Shown one piece after another: positions 1-12,530 of a stretch of DNA of 64,000 bases. The position numbers and the translations under genes are program-made. Source of the stretch: Candidatus Latescibacterota bacterium (GTDB taxonomy: Bacteria > Latescibacterota > UBA2968); contig OZ240241.1 of assembly GCA_965198115.1 (NCBI GenBank), positions 3,424,001 through 3,488,000 of the forward strand. The letters are read 5' to 3'. Numbering within the stretch: position 1 is the first letter of the stretch; the number at the start of each line of letters is the position of its first letter. A model generated the notes under the pieces. It ran no database searches and had not been told where the DNA came from. It saw only the letters and a program-made list of their open reading frames with translations.

Positions 1-1111
1 TTCGCATGTCCTGCGGATCGACGTGGTGATCGTCGCCATAGGCGTCGTGCATCGCGTGGATCACGCTTCCACTCCCGAGGAACAAACAGGCCTTGAAGGC
101 CGCGTGCGTGACAAGGTGGAAAAGTCCCGCCACGTAGGCGCCCACCCCCAACCCCATGATCATGTAGCCCAGCTGGCTGATCGTGGAGTAGGCCAGCACC
201 CTTTTGATGTCGTATTGAGCCACCGCGATCGTCGAGCCGAGTAGTGCCGTGATCCCGCCGATATAGGCGATGACGATCATGGCGTCGGGCGTGAGGATCG
301 GGAACATGCGCGTCACCATGTACACGCCCGCGGCCACCATCGTCGCCGCGTGAATCAGCGCGCTGACCGGCGTCGGACCTTCCATCGCGTCGGGCAACCA
401 CACGTGGAGCGGGAACTGGGCGGACTTGCCGATCGCGCCGCAGAACAAACAGAGCCCGGCGGCCGTCAACAGCCAGCCACTCACTTTCCCCGCCGCGATT
501 CCGGCAAACACGCTCTCGTAATCGAACGCACCGACCTTCCAGAACAGGATCATGATCCCGACGAAGAAGCCGAGGTCCCCGACGCGGTTCACCAGGAAAG
601 CCTTCTTGCACGCACTTGCCGGAGCGTCGCGCTCGAACCAGAACCCGATTAACAGATAGGAGCTCAGACCAACGAGTTCCCAAAAAACGTAGAGCAGGAG
701 GAAGTTGTCGACGATCACCAGACCGAGCATCGAGAAAGAGAAGATGCCCAGGAAGCCGAAGAACCGGCTGTATTTCGGATCGCCGTGCATGTAGCCCACC
801 GAGTAAAGGTGGACCAGGAAGCTGACGACCGTCACGACCATCAGCATGACTGCGGTGATGTTGTCGACGAGAAGACCGACGCTGATTTGATGAGAGGTGA
901 GGTCGAGCCAAACAAAGCGCTCGAACGATAGCTCCCAATCTGGCGTATAAGCGCCGAGCGCCATCGCAAAGATGCGTAGAGACAACAGGAAGGCGATTCC
1001 GATGCAGGCGAGCGGGACGAAGTTCCCTCCGCGTGGCAGACGTCGACCGAAGAAGGCCTGGACGGCGTATCCCAGCAGGGGAAGCAACGGAATCAGAATG
1101 ACCGAGACCAT
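1..1111 (-). CDS. nuoL: NADH-quinone oxidoreductase subunit L (runs off the left edge)
   Basis: Reverse strand starts MVSVILIPLLPLLG and contains WELVGLSSYLLIGFWF, KKAFLVNRVGD and GKSAQFPLHVWLPDAMEGPTPVSALIHAATMVAAG; follows nuoK. Confidence 0.95.
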   Translation of the reverse strand, partial: MVSVILIPLLPLLGYAVQAFFGRRLPRGGNFVPLACIGIAFLLSLRIFAMALGAYTPDWELSFERFVWLDLTSHQISVGLLVDNITAVMLMVVTVVSFLVHLYSVGYMHGDPKYSRFFGFLGIFSFSMLGLVIVDNFLLLYVFWELVGLSSYLLIGFWFERDAPASACKKAFLVNRVGDLGFFVGIMILFWKVGAFDYESVFAGIAAGKVSGWLLTAAGLCLFCGAIGKSAQFPLHVWLPDAMEGPTPVSALIHAATMVAAGVYMVTRMFPILTPDAMIVIAYIGGITALLGSTIAVAQYDIKRVLAYSTISQLGYMIMGLGVGAYVAGLFHLVTHAAFKACLFLGSGSVIHAMHDAYGDDHHVDPQDMR

Positions 1112-1170
1112 ATCTCTCCAGAAAGCGACGACTGCAGGCCTACGACAACCTCATCGGACGCCACGGGTCG

Positions 1171-1476
1171 TTACCCGCTCAGCGAGTGAAGCCTGTCGAC
1201 CGTCACCGTGTGGTGGTTGCGATAGATATTCAGAACGATGGCGAGAGCAACCGCAGCCTCGGCCGCAGCCAGGATGATCACGAACAGAGCGAACAGCTGA
1301 CCGCTGATCCCCACGTCCGAAAACCTGGCGAATGCCACGAGGTTGATATTGCCGGCGTTGAGGATCAACTCGACACCCATCAGGACGCTGATCGCGTTCC
1401 GTCGCGTCGAAACGGCCAGAATCCCGAGCGAGAACAGAACGGCCGCAACCACGAGGTAGTGTTCGAGACCGATCAC
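1171..1476 (-). CDS. nuoK: NADH-quinone oxidoreductase subunit K
   Basis: GTG start overlaps the nuoJ stop; LMGVELILN and AAAEAAVALAI motifs; 101 aa. Confidence 0.95.
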   Translation of the reverse strand: MIGLEHYLVVAAVLFSLGILAVSTRRNAISVLMGVELILNAGNINLVAFARFSDVGISGQLFALFVIILAAAEAAVALAIVLNIYRNHHTVTVDRLHSLSG

Positions 1477-1982
1477 AGCTCCCCCTCCTCGCTCTCGTGG
1501 CTGGCCAGCATCGACGCTCCGATAAGCGCTGCGAGCAACAGCATGGCCGCGATCTCGAAGGGCAGCACGTACTCGGTGATCAACAGTCGCCCGAGGGCTG
1601 CCGTCGTGCTCGCGGGCTCGACCACCTCGACCGTCCTCCACGGTGTTCGAAAAATGACCACCGCCAGGAGCGCGAACCCGACCCCCACGACCGCCACGCT
1701 ACGCTTGAAGTGCACGCGCTCGGCCAGAATCTGCAGGTCATAGATACGATTCGTGAGCATCACGCCGAACAGCATCAGCACGAGGATGCCGCCCACGTAG
1801 ACGAGCACCTGTGCACCCGCCACGAAGTCAGCGCCCAGGAATACGTAGAGGCCGGCGGTGCCGAAGAACGTGAACAACAGGGCGAACACCGCGTGGATCA
1901 GGCGATTCGCAAAAACGACCACGGCCCCCGAACCCACCGTAATGAGGGCGAACAGATAAAAGATTACCGTCGAGAGCGCCAT
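1473..1982 (-). CDS. nuoJ: NADH-quinone oxidoreductase subunit J
   Basis: AQVLVYVGGILVLMLFGVML and YVLPFEI motifs. Confidence 0.95.
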   Translation of the reverse strand: MALSTVIFYLFALITVGSGAVVVFANRLIHAVFALLFTFFGTAGLYVFLGADFVAGAQVLVYVGGILVLMLFGVMLTNRIYDLQILAERVHFKRSVAVVGVGFALLAVVIFRTPWRTVEVVEPASTTAALGRLLITEYVLPFEIAAMLLLAALIGASMLASHESEEGEL

Positions 1983-1983
1983 C

Positions 1984-2490
1984 TCAGTCGGCCGTCGCCG
2001 CCTCCGCATCGTCCTTTGCCGCCGCTGCCTTCTCCAGCTCGTCGTACTCCCACGGCTTCGCGTATTCGTAAAGAAGATCGGTGCGATCGTAGACCGACGC
2101 CTCGTAGTTCGGCGTCATGATCAGACACTCGGTCGGGCACGGATACGTGCACAGTCCGCAGTAGCAGCACAGCGCCATGTCGATGTCGAAGCGAAGCACC
2201 TTCAACCGCTTCTTCGTGCCCTTCGACGTCATACCGAGATCGATGTCATCGCCGACCTTCTCGCACTCGATGTAGATACAGTCGACCGGACACGCTCTGG
2301 CACACTGATCACAACCGATGCAATCGTCGATGTCGTTGAAAAGCTGGTTCCGCGATCGCTCCGGCATCTCCCACCGTTCTTCGGGATACTGTAGCGTGAT
2401 CGAAGGCGTAAAGAGATGTTTGAGGGTGATGTTCATCCCCACCCAGATCGTGGACACCGACTGTACGATGTTCGAAAAATAGCGCCTCAT
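1984..2490 (-). CDS. nuoI: NADH-quinone oxidoreductase subunit I
   Basis: TLQYPEE; two ferredoxin motifs, CIGCDQCARACP and CCYCGLCTYPCP. Confidence 0.95.
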   Translation of the reverse strand: MRRYFSNIVQSVSTIWVGMNITLKHLFTPSITLQYPEERWEMPERSRNQLFNDIDDCIGCDQCARACPVDCIYIECEKVGDDIDLGMTSKGTKKRLKVLRFDIDMALCCYCGLCTYPCPTECLIMTPNYEASVYDRTDLLYEYAKPWEYDELEKAAAAKDDAEAATAD

Positions 2491-2516
2491 GGGCTTACCT
2501 CGGGTTGGCCCTTCGA

Positions 2517-3689
2517 TCAGGCCGTCTGGGCACGCTGAGAGCGGCCCTCGGAGAGGCCGCGTGCAGCCGACCTCAGGAAGAATGCGAATATGACGATCGT
2601 GACCAGCATGGCGGATCCACTGCCGAGCACGCGCAGCCATTGAGGGGCGGCAAAGTTCCAAACGACCGAACCGAGGATGCAAACGAACGCGGCAGGCGTC
2701 AGGACCTTCCACCCCACAAACATCAGCTGGTCCACTCGCAATCGCGGCACCGTCCAACGCACCCACATCTGCACGAACACGAGCCAAAACATCTTGAGGA
2801 TCATCCAGAACGGCCCACCCGGAAACGTGCCGCCGAAGGGCGAAGACCATCCACCCAGGAAAACCGCGGCCGCAACGAAGCTCACCGCCGCCATCGCCGC
2901 GTACTCGGCGATGAAGAAGAACGAGAATCGCATTCCGCTGTATTCGGTGTGGTAGCCGGCGACGAGTTCCGATTCGGCCTCGGGAATATCGAACGGCGTC
3001 CGATTGACTTCGGCCAGCGTCGAAATGTAAAACAGGAAGAATCCCAAGAAGGTGAACGGATTCCGAAACACGAACCACTCGGCGATCCCACCCTCCTGCG
3101 CTCTAATGATGTCCTGTAGGTTCAACGACCCGACGAGCGGGACGACGGCCAGCAATAGCAACGCCACGGGAATCTCGTATGAGACGACCTGCGCAGCCGA
3201 GCGCATGGCGCCGAGGAGTGCCCATTTGTTGTTCGACGACCACCCCGCCATGAGAATGCCGATCACGCCCATCGACGAGATCGCCATGATATAGAAGAGA
3301 CCGATGTTGAGGTTGCTGACGACAAGCAAATCGCTGAACGGGATAGCGACATAGACCGCGAACGATCCGGCGAACACCAGGAGGGGTGCGAACTTGAACA
3401 GCATCGGGTCGGCCGCGGCCGGAATGATGTCTTCTTTTAACAACAATTTGATGCCATCGGCCAGCGTCTGCGACCACCCGTGCCATCCGCCGACCCGCAT
3501 GGGACCGACCCGATCCTGCATGTGACCCGACACCTTTCGCTCCAACCAGACCAGCACCATACCGAGTACGGCCACGAACGTCAGCAGGATCACACCCGAC
3601 AGGAGTCCGAGGGCCAGGGACACGTAGACGAGTGGAACGTCCGACAGGAAGGGGAGAGAATCGATCAGAGACTGGGCAATCTGCTGCAT
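2517..3689 (-). CDS. nuoH: NADH-quinone oxidoreductase subunit H
   Basis: [54 protein letters not shown]. Confidence 0.96.
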   Translation of the reverse strand: MQQIAQSLIDSLPFLSDVPLVYVSLALGLLSGVILLTFVAVLGMVLVWLERKVSGHMQDRVGPMRVGGWHGWSQTLADGIKLLLKEDIIPAAADPMLFKFAPLLVFAGSFAVYVAIPFSDLLVVSNLNIGLFYIMAISSMGVIGILMAGWSSNNKWALLGAMRSAAQVVSYEIPVALLLLAVVPLVGSLNLQDIIRAQEGGIAEWFVFRNPFTFLGFFLFYISTLAEVNRTPFDIPEAESELVAGYHTEYSGMRFSFFFIAEYAAMAAVSFVAAAVFLGGWSSPFGGTFPGGPFWMILKMFWLVFVQMWVRWTVPRLRVDQLMFVGWKVLTPAAFVCILGSVVWNFAAPQWLRVLGSGSAMLVTIVIFAFFLRSAARGLSEGRSQRAQTA

Positions 3690-3711
3690 AGTGTCGTCGA
3701 TCGGCCCGAGA

Positions 3712-4941
3712 CTACCGGTCGACCTCTCCAAGAACGATGTCGATACTGCCGATCACCGCAATGATGTCGGCCACGTAATGGCCCCTCGTGAGGTAGTTCA
3801 TCGCGCTGATCGCGGTGAAGCAAGGCGATTTGACCTTCACGCGATAGGGCACGTTAGAGCCGTCGCTGATCACGTAGATGCCCATCTCGCCGCGTGGCGT
3901 TTCCGACCGCGTGTAGGCTTCCACATCCTTGGGCGGCCGGACGTTGCGCGGTACCGCTTTATGGACGTCGCCATCTGGCAGCTGATTCAAGGCCTGGCGG
4001 ATGATCTTGACGCTCTCGCCCATCTCTCGGATGCGGACCATGTATCGGTCCCAGCAATCGCCGACCTGGCCCATCTCGCCAGTGCCAACCGGAATGTCGA
4101 ACTCGAAACGATCGTAGATCGAATACGGGTCGTCACGACGCAGGTCCCACTTGACTCCCGACCCACGCAGGTTGGGGCCAGTCAAGTTGTAGGAGTAGGC
4201 CACGTCGACGGGGAGGACGCCGATGTTGGCCGTCCGCTCGATGAAGATCTTGTTGTGCGAGAGAAGGTTGTTGTAATCGACAATCTTGCCTTCGAACTTG
4301 TCGAGGAAGGCCGTGCACTTCTCGATAAAGCCAGGCGGCAGGTCGTGGGAAACGCCGCCCACCCACACGTAGTTGTAGAGCATTCGGGCGCCGCACGTCA
4401 TCTCGAACAGATCGAAGATGTCCTCGCGCTCACGGAACGCGAACAGGAAGGGCGTGAAGGCGCCGATGTCCATTCCGTAGGTACCGAACGACACCAGGTG
4501 ACTCGCCAGCCGGTTGAGCTCGCACACGATGACGCGAATGTATTCGACACGTTCGGGGATTTCGAGCTCGAGCAGACGCTCAACCGCAAGACAGTAGGCC
4601 ATGTTGTTGTTCATGCCGGCCAGATAGTCCATGCGGTCTGTAAACGGAATAACGTGCGGGTAAGGCATGCTTTCAGCGTGCTTCTCGAAGCAGCGATGGA
4701 GATAGCCGATGTGCGGCCGGACGTGCTCGATGATCTCGCCATCGGTCTTGAGCTCGAGCCGGAGCACGCCGTGGGTGCTCGGGTGCTGGGGACCCATATT
4801 GAGGGTCATCAACTCGCTCTCGAGGTTGTCGTCCCCCTCCAGAACCTCGACGTCCGGCAGCCCCGCATGCTCGACGGTCACGTCGGCATCGGGAATCGCG
4901 CCTTCGGGTCGGTCGACGTCTCGAGTCTCGGTATCGGCCAT
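3712..4941 (-). CDS. nuoD: NADH-quinone oxidoreductase subunit D
   Basis: [25 protein letters not shown]; C-terminus DIVLGEVDR. Confidence 0.97.
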   Translation of the reverse strand: MADTETRDVDRPEGAIPDADVTVEHAGLPDVEVLEGDDNLESELMTLNMGPQHPSTHGVLRLELKTDGEIIEHVRPHIGYLHRCFEKHAESMPYPHVIPFTDRMDYLAGMNNNMAYCLAVERLLELEIPERVEYIRVIVCELNRLASHLVSFGTYGMDIGAFTPFLFAFREREDIFDLFEMTCGARMLYNYVWVGGVSHDLPPGFIEKCTAFLDKFEGKIVDYNNLLSHNKIFIERTANIGVLPVDVAYSYNLTGPNLRGSGVKWDLRRDDPYSIYDRFEFDIPVGTGEMGQVGDCWDRYMVRIREMGESVKIIRQALNQLPDGDVHKAVPRNVRPPKDVEAYTRSETPRGEMGIYVISDGSNVPYRVKVKSPCFTAISAMNYLTRGHYVADIIAVIGSIDIVLGEVDR

Positions 4942-4943
4942 GC

Positions 4944-5420
4944 TCAGACCTCGACCCTGATACCCCGGTAATATTCCTGCACCTGGTAGTCTTTCCTCAG
5001 CGGATACCCATCCCAGTCGTCGGGACACAGAATACGTCGGAGATCGCTGTGTCCGTCGAACACGATCCCCAGCATGTCGTAGGCCTCGCGCTCGTGCCAG
5101 TTTGCCACTTTCCAGACGTTCTCGACCGTCGGTACGTGAGGATTGTCGCGGGGCAACTCGACCTTGAGCGTGATTTTGTGTCGGTGGGAGGAAGAACTCA
5201 GGTGGTAGACAGCGCTTATGTGATCTTCGAAGTCCACACCGCTTAGACACATCAGCGATTCGAACTGCAGCGCGTCGTCATCGTGCAGGTGCGCACAAAC
5301 ATCGGCAACCGACTCTGGCTTGACGCGAATCCACGGGTCGAGGTTTTCCGTCAGGTCAATGACGCCATCGCCGAATTTTTCTTTCAGAGTGTCGTAGATC
5401 TCTTGAGCGGTCATGCTCAT
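4944..5420 (-). CDS. nuoC: NADH-quinone oxidoreductase subunit C
   Basis: [26 protein letters not shown]...GYPLRKDY. Confidence 0.96.
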   Translation of the reverse strand: MSMTAQEIYDTLKEKFGDGVIDLTENLDPWIRVKPESVADVCAHLHDDDALQFESLMCLSGVDFEDHISAVYHLSSSSHRHKITLKVELPRDNPHVPTVENVWKVANWHEREAYDMLGIVFDGHSDLRRILCPDDWDGYPLRKDYQVQEYYRGIRVEV

Positions 5421-5899
5421 CCGACTTTGGCGATCGTCTGGTGGCGGATCTTTTCCTGCAGATTCATCACACCCTCGAGCAGGGATTCGGGGCGAGGAGG
5501 GCAGCCGGGCACGTAGACGTCGACCGGGATGACCCGGTCCACACCCTTGAGGACGTGGTAGCCGTGCTGCCAGTAGGGTCCGCCCGACGTCGCGCAACAC
5601 CCCATGGCAATCACATATCGTGGCTCGGCCATCTGATCGTAGAGCTTCTTCACGCGGGACGACATTTTGAGGGTGACCGTACCAGCCACGATCATGAGAT
5701 CGGATTGACGGGGTGAAGCCCGGGGAATCATTCCGAACCGATCCCAGTCGTAGCGAGAGGCTCCGGTAGCCATCATTTCGATCGCGCAGCACGCCAACCC
5801 GAACGTCATCGGCCAAAGGGCCGAAAGCCTCGCCCAGTTGATGAAGTAATCGAGCGAGGTCACGATCACGTTGTCGTTGAACTGTCCTTCGATTCTCAT
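5417..5899 (-). CDS. nuoB: NADH-quinone oxidoreductase subunit B
   Basis: [30 protein letters not shown]. Confidence 0.96.
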   Translation of the reverse strand: MRIEGQFNDNVIVTSLDYFINWARLSALWPMTFGLACCAIEMMATGASRYDWDRFGMIPRASPRQSDLMIVAGTVTLKMSSRVKKLYDQMAEPRYVIAMGCCATSGGPYWQHGYHVLKGVDRVIPVDVYVPGCPPRPESLLEGVMNLQEKIRHQTIAKVG

Positions 5900-5910
5900 A
5901 GGTAGGTGCC

Positions 5911-6327
5911 TCAGGCCGCCTCTTCGACCAGTGAGCGGGTCATCGTCTCGCGGAACCGGTCGACCTTTGGACGCGCCCAATCGAGCGTCCCTTTCTTCCA
6001 GGCGAACGCCAGCCCGAGGAGAAGAATGACGATGAAGACAAACGCCGCGCCGAACCCGTACCATCCGAATTCCTGGGCGACGACCGCCCAAGGGTAAAGG
6101 AGGACGACTTCGACGTCAAAGATGATGAAATCGAGCGCCACCACGTAGAACCGAATGTTGAACTGGATCCAGGACCCGCCCACCGGTTCTTCGCCACACT
6201 CGTAGGTACTCAGTTTTTCTGGATCGGGATTGTCGGGCCGGAACAGACTGCCCAGAAACAGGTTGAAGACGACAAAGAACGCACCCACGGACAGAAAAAG
6301 GAGTACGTTTGCGTAGTCTATGAGCAT
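5911..6327 (-). CDS. nuoA: NADH-quinone oxidoreductase subunit A
   Basis: [34 protein letters not shown]. Confidence 0.95.
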   Translation of the reverse strand: MLIDYANVLLFLSVGAFFVVFNLFLGSLFRPDNPDPEKLSTYECGEEPVGGSWIQFNIRFYVVALDFIIFDVEVVLLYPWAVVAQEFGWYGFGAAFVFIVILLLGLAFAWKKGTLDWARPKVDRFRETMTRSLVEEAA

Positions 6328-6344
6328 TGCATTAAATTCTTTAA

Positions 6345-6357
6345 AATCAATCGGTTA
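6345..6357. promoter_or_regulatory. IHF-consensus site upstream of nuoA
   Basis: AATCAATCGGTTA matches WATCAANNNNTTR exactly, in an AT-rich divergent intergenic region. Confidence 0.35.
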
Positions 6358-6552
6358 AGATACACTCAAGAGGAGCCCCGGAGCAGAGCGTGACTAAGAT
6401 AGGGAATATGAATTGGGGCGTCAAGTGAAAACCCCTCTCCGTAGAATTGACATAAGTCCAATGTTTTAAGTAAGTAAGACTCGTTTCTGGCATCTCTTTC
6501 ACCGCCCTGCGGCACGGATTTCGCAATCCATACATATTTGTCAAAATTAATC

Positions 6553-6581
6553 TTGACGTTTTTGTCATCAAAGGATATGTT
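6553..6581 (+). promoter_or_regulatory. sigma70-type promoter of the suf operon
   Basis: TTGACG-17 nt-TATGTT, ending about 57 nt before the sufB ATG. Confidence 0.6.
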
Positions 6582-6637
6582 TTCGCCGGTTAAGGTTCAA
6601 CGTTCCCCCCGTTCAACGACTTAGGGAGACTGCCTCG

Positions 6638-8104
<1,467 letters not shown>

Positions 8105-8130
8105 CACACAACATCGGAGATCAGAACAAC

Positions 8131-8904
8131 GTGGCACTCCTCGAAATCAAGAATCTGCACGCAGGCGTCGAAGATACGGAAATCCTCAAGGGCGTCGACC
8201 TTTCGGTCAACGTCGGAGAGATCCACACCATCATGGGACCCAACGGGTCGGGCAAGAGCACGCTCGCCCAGGTTCTGGCCGGCAACGAAGCCTACGACGT
8301 CACAGATGGATCCGTCATCTACGACGGTAAGGACCTTCTCGACCTCGAGGCCGACGAGCGCGCCAAAGAAGGCGTCTTCATGGCTTTTCAGTATCCCGTC
8401 GAAATCCCCGGTGTCAACAGCGCCTACTTCATGCGCACCGCCCTCAACGAGATCCGCAGACATCGTGGAGAAGAGGAGCTCGATGCCGTCGAGTTTCTCA
8501 CCCTCGCTCGGGAACGTATGGACCTCGTCGAAATGCCCGAGGACTTTCTCAAACGTCAGGTCAACGAGGGGTTCAGTGGCGGGGAGAAGAAGCGCCACGA
8601 GATCTTTCAAATGGCCATGCTCGAGCCAAGGCTGGCCATACTCGATGAAACCGATTCCGGGCTCGACATCGACGCTTTGCGCATCGTCGCCGATGGGGTG
8701 AACCAGCTGCACAGGCCCGACAAGGCCGTCGTCGTCGTGACCCACTATCAACGCCTGCTGGAACACATCATACCCGATTACGTACACGTAATCCTGAACG
8801 GTCGAATCGTCGTATCGGGCGACAAATCCCTCGCCCTACGACTCGAAGAAGAAGGCTACGACAAGATTCGAGCCGAACACGAGGAGCAGGCCGTCCCGGC
8901 CTGA
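8131..8904 (+). CDS. sufC: Fe-S cluster assembly ATPase SufC
   Basis: GTG start; GPNGSGKST, FQYPVEIPGV, NEGFSGGEKKR, LDETDSGLDIDAL. Confidence 0.97.
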   Translation: MALLEIKNLHAGVEDTEILKGVDLSVNVGEIHTIMGPNGSGKSTLAQVLAGNEAYDVTDGSVIYDGKDLLDLEADERAKEGVFMAFQYPVEIPGVNSAYFMRTALNEIRRHRGEEELDAVEFLTLARERMDLVEMPEDFLKRQVNEGFSGGEKKRHEIFQMAMLEPRLAILDETDSGLDIDALRIVADGVNQLHRPDKAVVVVTHYQRLLEHIIPDYVHVILNGRIVVSGDKSLALRLEEEGYDKIRAEHEEQAVPA

Positions 8905-8910
8905 GGACAG

Positions 8911-10239
8911 ATGGCGGGATCGAACACGGACATCGTCAACCACTACGTAGGCGCCTTCGAGGCGTTCGAGAACGAGCTGAACGGCCAAACGCAATCGCCC
9001 CTACACGGCATACGCAAGAGCGCGATCAGCCGTTTCGCGGAACTCGGCTTTCCCACCTCGCGCGACGAAGCGTGGAAGGCCACGGACCTCAGCCCGATCA
9101 CGGCCACGCCCTTCTCACCGGCCAACAGCACGAGTGTCAACGCCGTGACCGAAGAGGACGTCGCCCCCTACCGGTTCGGTCTCGAGGGCCCGAACCTTGT
9201 CTTCGTGAACGGCCACTTTGCGCCGGCGCTTTCGCGCCCGACCGACCGCGGCGGTGTCTCCGTCGTCTCGCTCCCCGAGGTCGGTGAGGACGCAGCGGTC
9301 GATGCCCACTTGACAAGGATCGCGACCTTCGACGCTCACGCATTGACGGCCCTCAACACCGCCTTTCTGGTCGACGCCGCCTGCATCCACATCGGAAAAG
9401 ACACCACATTCGACGATCCGATTCATGTCCTTCATTTCACGACCCCGGTGGGTGAGCCTCATCTTGCCACCCCACGTGCCCTCATCGTCGTGGAGAAGGG
9501 TAGCCGCGCGACCGTCGTCCAGACGTTCGTCGGTGAAGATGACGGTGCGTATCTCAACAATGCGGTCACCGAAATTCACATCGGCGAAAACGCAGAGCTC
9601 CACTACGTCAACACGACGCTCGAAGGCCCCGAAGCACGGCACACGAGCAACCTCAAGGTTTCTCAATGCCGGTCGAGCCGCTTCACGTCCTACACCATCA
9701 GCGTCGATGGCGCTTTCACGCGGAACGACATCAACTCAGTGCTCGCCGGCGAGGGGTGCGAGTCGACCGTCAACGGCTTCTACGTTCTCGATGGCAACCA
9801 ACATTGTGATAACTACACGCTCCTCGAGCATCAGCAACCACACTGTCCGAGCCACGAGCTGTTCAAGGGCATCCTCGAAGACAGGGCACGCGCCGTCTTC
9901 CGAGGCAAGATTCACGTTCACCAGGCTGCCCAGAAAACCGACGCTTACCAGCAGAATCAGAACATTCTACTTTCCGACGACGCCCGCGTGAACACGAAAC
10001 CCCAGCTCGAGATCTATGCCGACGACGTCAAGTGTTCCCACGGTGCGACAGTGGGCCAGCTCGACGAGGACGCACTTTTTTACATTCAGGCACGAGGTAT
10101 CTCCCGCAAGGCCGCCTACCGAATCCTGCTGCGAGCGTTTGCCGAGGACATCCTTGGCCGAATCGAGGTCGAGTCTCTTCGCGATGAACTGACGAACCGC
10201 GTACTCGCCAAGATCGACCGAAACGGAGCAAGCGCATGA
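8911..10239 (+). CDS. sufD: Fe-S cluster assembly protein SufD
   Basis: AQKTDAYQ, KPQLEIYADDVKCSHGATVG. Confidence 0.96.
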   Translation: MAGSNTDIVNHYVGAFEAFENELNGQTQSPLHGIRKSAISRFAELGFPTSRDEAWKATDLSPITATPFSPANSTSVNAVTEEDVAPYRFGLEGPNLVFVNGHFAPALSRPTDRGGVSVVSLPEVGEDAAVDAHLTRIATFDAHALTALNTAFLVDAACIHIGKDTTFDDPIHVLHFTTPVGEPHLATPRALIVVEKGSRATVVQTFVGEDDGAYLNNAVTEIHIGENAELHYVNTTLEGPEARHTSNLKVSQCRSSRFTSYTISVDGAFTRNDINSVLAGEGCESTVNGFYVLDGNQHCDNYTLLEHQQPHCPSHELFKGILEDRARAVFRGKIHVHQAAQKTDAYQQNQNILLSDDARVNTKPQLEIYADDVKCSHGATVGQLDEDALFYIQARGISRKAAYRILLRAFAEDILGRIEVESLRDELTNRVLAKIDRNGASA

Positions 10240-11519
10240 GCATCACCACGGCAACCGACGTCGGCCGCGACGCCGTTGAGTCTATAGCAGAACGGCCCGC
10301 CCCCTTCGACGTGTCGAAGGTTCGGGCAGACTTTCCCATCCTGAATCAGCAGCCGGTGGACAACCCCCTCGTTTACCTGGACAACGCGGCGACTACGCAA
10401 AAGCCTCAAAGGGTGATCGACTACCTCAGCCGCTACTATGCCTTGCAGAATTCGAACATCCACCGAGGCGTCTACAAGCTGAGCGAAGCGGCGACCGAGG
10501 CCTACGAAGGTGCGAGACACAAAATTCAGCGTTTCATCAACGCCAACGACCCACGCGAAATCGTCTTCACTCGAGGTACGACCGAAAGTATCAACCTCGT
10601 CGCCGAAACACTCGGTAAGCTGCGTGTCGGTGAGGGCGACGAAGTCATCGTCACCGAACTCGAGCATCACAGCAACATCGTCCCCTGGTATCTCCTTTGC
10701 CGGGAGAAGGGCGCGGTACTTAGACACGCTCCGATTGACGCAAACGGCGACGTCGATGTCGACGCTCTGGAGTCGCTCATCAGCGACCGCACGAAAATCA
10801 TCGCGATCGCTCACGTCTCCAACAGCCTGGGTACAGTCGTTCCTATTCGGCGCGTTGTTGACATCGCCCGCGCACGTGACATTCCCGTCGTCGTCGACGG
10901 GGCACAGGCCCTCCCCCATCTTCCGGTCGACGTGCAGGAACTCGGGTGCGACTTCTTCGCCTTCTCCGGTCACAAGCTGTTCGGACCGACCGGCATCGGC
11001 ACCCTCTACGGGCGCTACGAACTGCTCCACGAGATGCCACCCTACCAGGGTGGTGGCAGCATGATCCAAAAAGTGACATTCGACGAAATCACGTTCGCGG
11101 ACCCGCCCACGCGATTCGAAGCGGGGACCCCCGACATCGCCGGCGCGATCGGGTTCGGTGTCGCCGTCGACTACCTGAACGCGCTCGATCTCGAGGGCGC
11201 CTTCGCGCACGAACACGACTTGCTCGAACACGCTACGGAGTCTCTCAGCCAGATCGACGGGCTACGCATCATCGGCACGCCGAAGCAGAAGGCGGGCGTG
11301 CTTTCATTCGACCTGGGAGAAATCCACCCCCACGACATCGGTACGATTCTCGACCAGGAAGGGATCGCCATACGGACGGGCCATCACTGTGCGCAGCCCG
11401 TGATGGCACACTTTGACATTCCCGCGACGGCGCGTGCGTCATTCGCTTTCTACAACACCCGCGAAGACGTCGACCGTCTCACAGCGGGCGTTCGAAAAGT
11501 CATCGATTTGTTCGGGTAA
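10236..11519 (+). CDS. sufS: Cysteine desulfurase SufS
   Basis: YLDNAATTQKP, SGHK (PLP lysine), RTGHHCA. Confidence 0.97.
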   Translation: MSITTATDVGRDAVESIAERPAPFDVSKVRADFPILNQQPVDNPLVYLDNAATTQKPQRVIDYLSRYYALQNSNIHRGVYKLSEAATEAYEGARHKIQRFINANDPREIVFTRGTTESINLVAETLGKLRVGEGDEVIVTELEHHSNIVPWYLLCREKGAVLRHAPIDANGDVDVDALESLISDRTKIIAIAHVSNSLGTVVPIRRVVDIARARDIPVVVDGAQALPHLPVDVQELGCDFFAFSGHKLFGPTGIGTLYGRYELLHEMPPYQGGGSMIQKVTFDEITFADPPTRFEAGTPDIAGAIGFGVAVDYLNALDLEGAFAHEHDLLEHATESLSQIDGLRIIGTPKQKAGVLSFDLGEIHPHDIGTILDQEGIAIRTGHHCAQPVMAHFDIPATARASFAFYNTREDVDRLTAGVRKVIDLFG

Positions 11520-11539
11520 ACGTAACGGGTGACTCACAG

Positions 11540-11980
11540 ATGCTCGATCCGCGCGAACTTTACCAGCAGCTGATTCTCGACCACAACCGTCACCCGAAGA
11601 ACTTTCGGACCATCGACGAAGCAACGGGAGAGTGCGAGGGCTACAATCCCCTGTGTGGAGACCGATACCACGTCTATGTGAGCCTCAAAGGCGCCAGAAT
11701 CGAAGACATTGCGTTCCAGGGCGCGGGGTGTGCGATCTCCAAAGCTTCTGCTTCACTTATGACGCATCTCATCCGGGGCAAAACCCGAGGCGAAGCCGAA
11801 GAAATGTGCGCGGAGTTCAATCGGATCGTCACGGGCGATGTCGAGCCACCTGACGACCTCAGCGCGTTCGCCGCGTTCGCCGGGGTGCGGGACTACCCAT
11901 CCCGCGTTAAATGCGCGACACTTGCCTGGCATACGATGAAGGCAGCGATCGAGGGACAAGAAGAAGCGACAACGGAGTAA
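11540..11980 (+). CDS. sufU: SufU (NifU-like) protein
   Basis: LYQQLILDH, NPLCGD, GCAISKASAS, RVKCATLAW. Confidence 0.93.
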   Translation: MLDPRELYQQLILDHNRHPKNFRTIDEATGECEGYNPLCGDRYHVYVSLKGARIEDIAFQGAGCAISKASASLMTHLIRGKTRGEAEEMCAEFNRIVTGDVEPPDDLSAFAAFAGVRDYPSRVKCATLAWHTMKAAIEGQEEATTE

Positions 11981-12021
11981 ACACTGCGGCTGGGGTCACA
12001 GCCTGAGCAACGGAGGCACCG

Positions 12022-12525
12022 ATGTTCGAACGGTTTTTCGGGAAGAAGAAAGACAAAGAGCAGCCTGACGCGACGTCGATCGAGCCGGCTACACCCGATC
12101 CCGTCGAGCCCGTGAATACGAACGCCCTTCAGACTTTCGCTGCGGAGAAGGAGAACGAGAAAACCGAACGACGAAACGAGATCGAGGAGGAGGCGGAGGC
12201 CTCGGGCGAGACGGTCGACAAGGACGTGCTGAAAGATCGCATCACAGACATGATGCGGACGATCTTCGACCCGGAGATTCCGGTGAACATTTACGACATC
12301 GGCCTCATTTACGAGATCAACCCACAGGACTCGGGGATCGTGCACGTCAAAATGACACTCACCACGCCCAACTGTCCAGCGGCGGGTATTCTGCCCGGTG
12401 AAGTCGAAAGCAAGACCCGCAGCGTCGAAGGCGTCAAAGATTGCGAACTCGAACTCACTTTCGATCCACCGTGGACCCCGGACATGATGTCCGAAGCGGC
12501 CAGACTCGAACTCGGGATGCTGTGA
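12022..12525 (+). CDS. sufT: DUF59/SufT Fe-S maturation protein with acidic N-terminal extension
   Basis: DPEIPVNIYDIGLIY, TLTTPNCP, FDPPWTPDMMSEAARLELG. Confidence 0.88.
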   Translation: MFERFFGKKKDKEQPDATSIEPATPDPVEPVNTNALQTFAAEKENEKTERRNEIEEEAEASGETVDKDVLKDRITDMMRTIFDPEIPVNIYDIGLIYEINPQDSGIVHVKMTLTTPNCPAAGILPGEVESKTRSVEGVKDCELELTFDPPWTPDMMSEAARLELGML

Positions 12526-12530
12526 CGTCG

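Noticed and set aside
3691-4971. Long antisense or alternate-frame ORFs (also 17383-18630, 19989-21398, 38123-39508, 56920-58932, 61543-62940)
   Set aside because: Shadows of well-supported genes in high-GC DNA; no recognisable motifs
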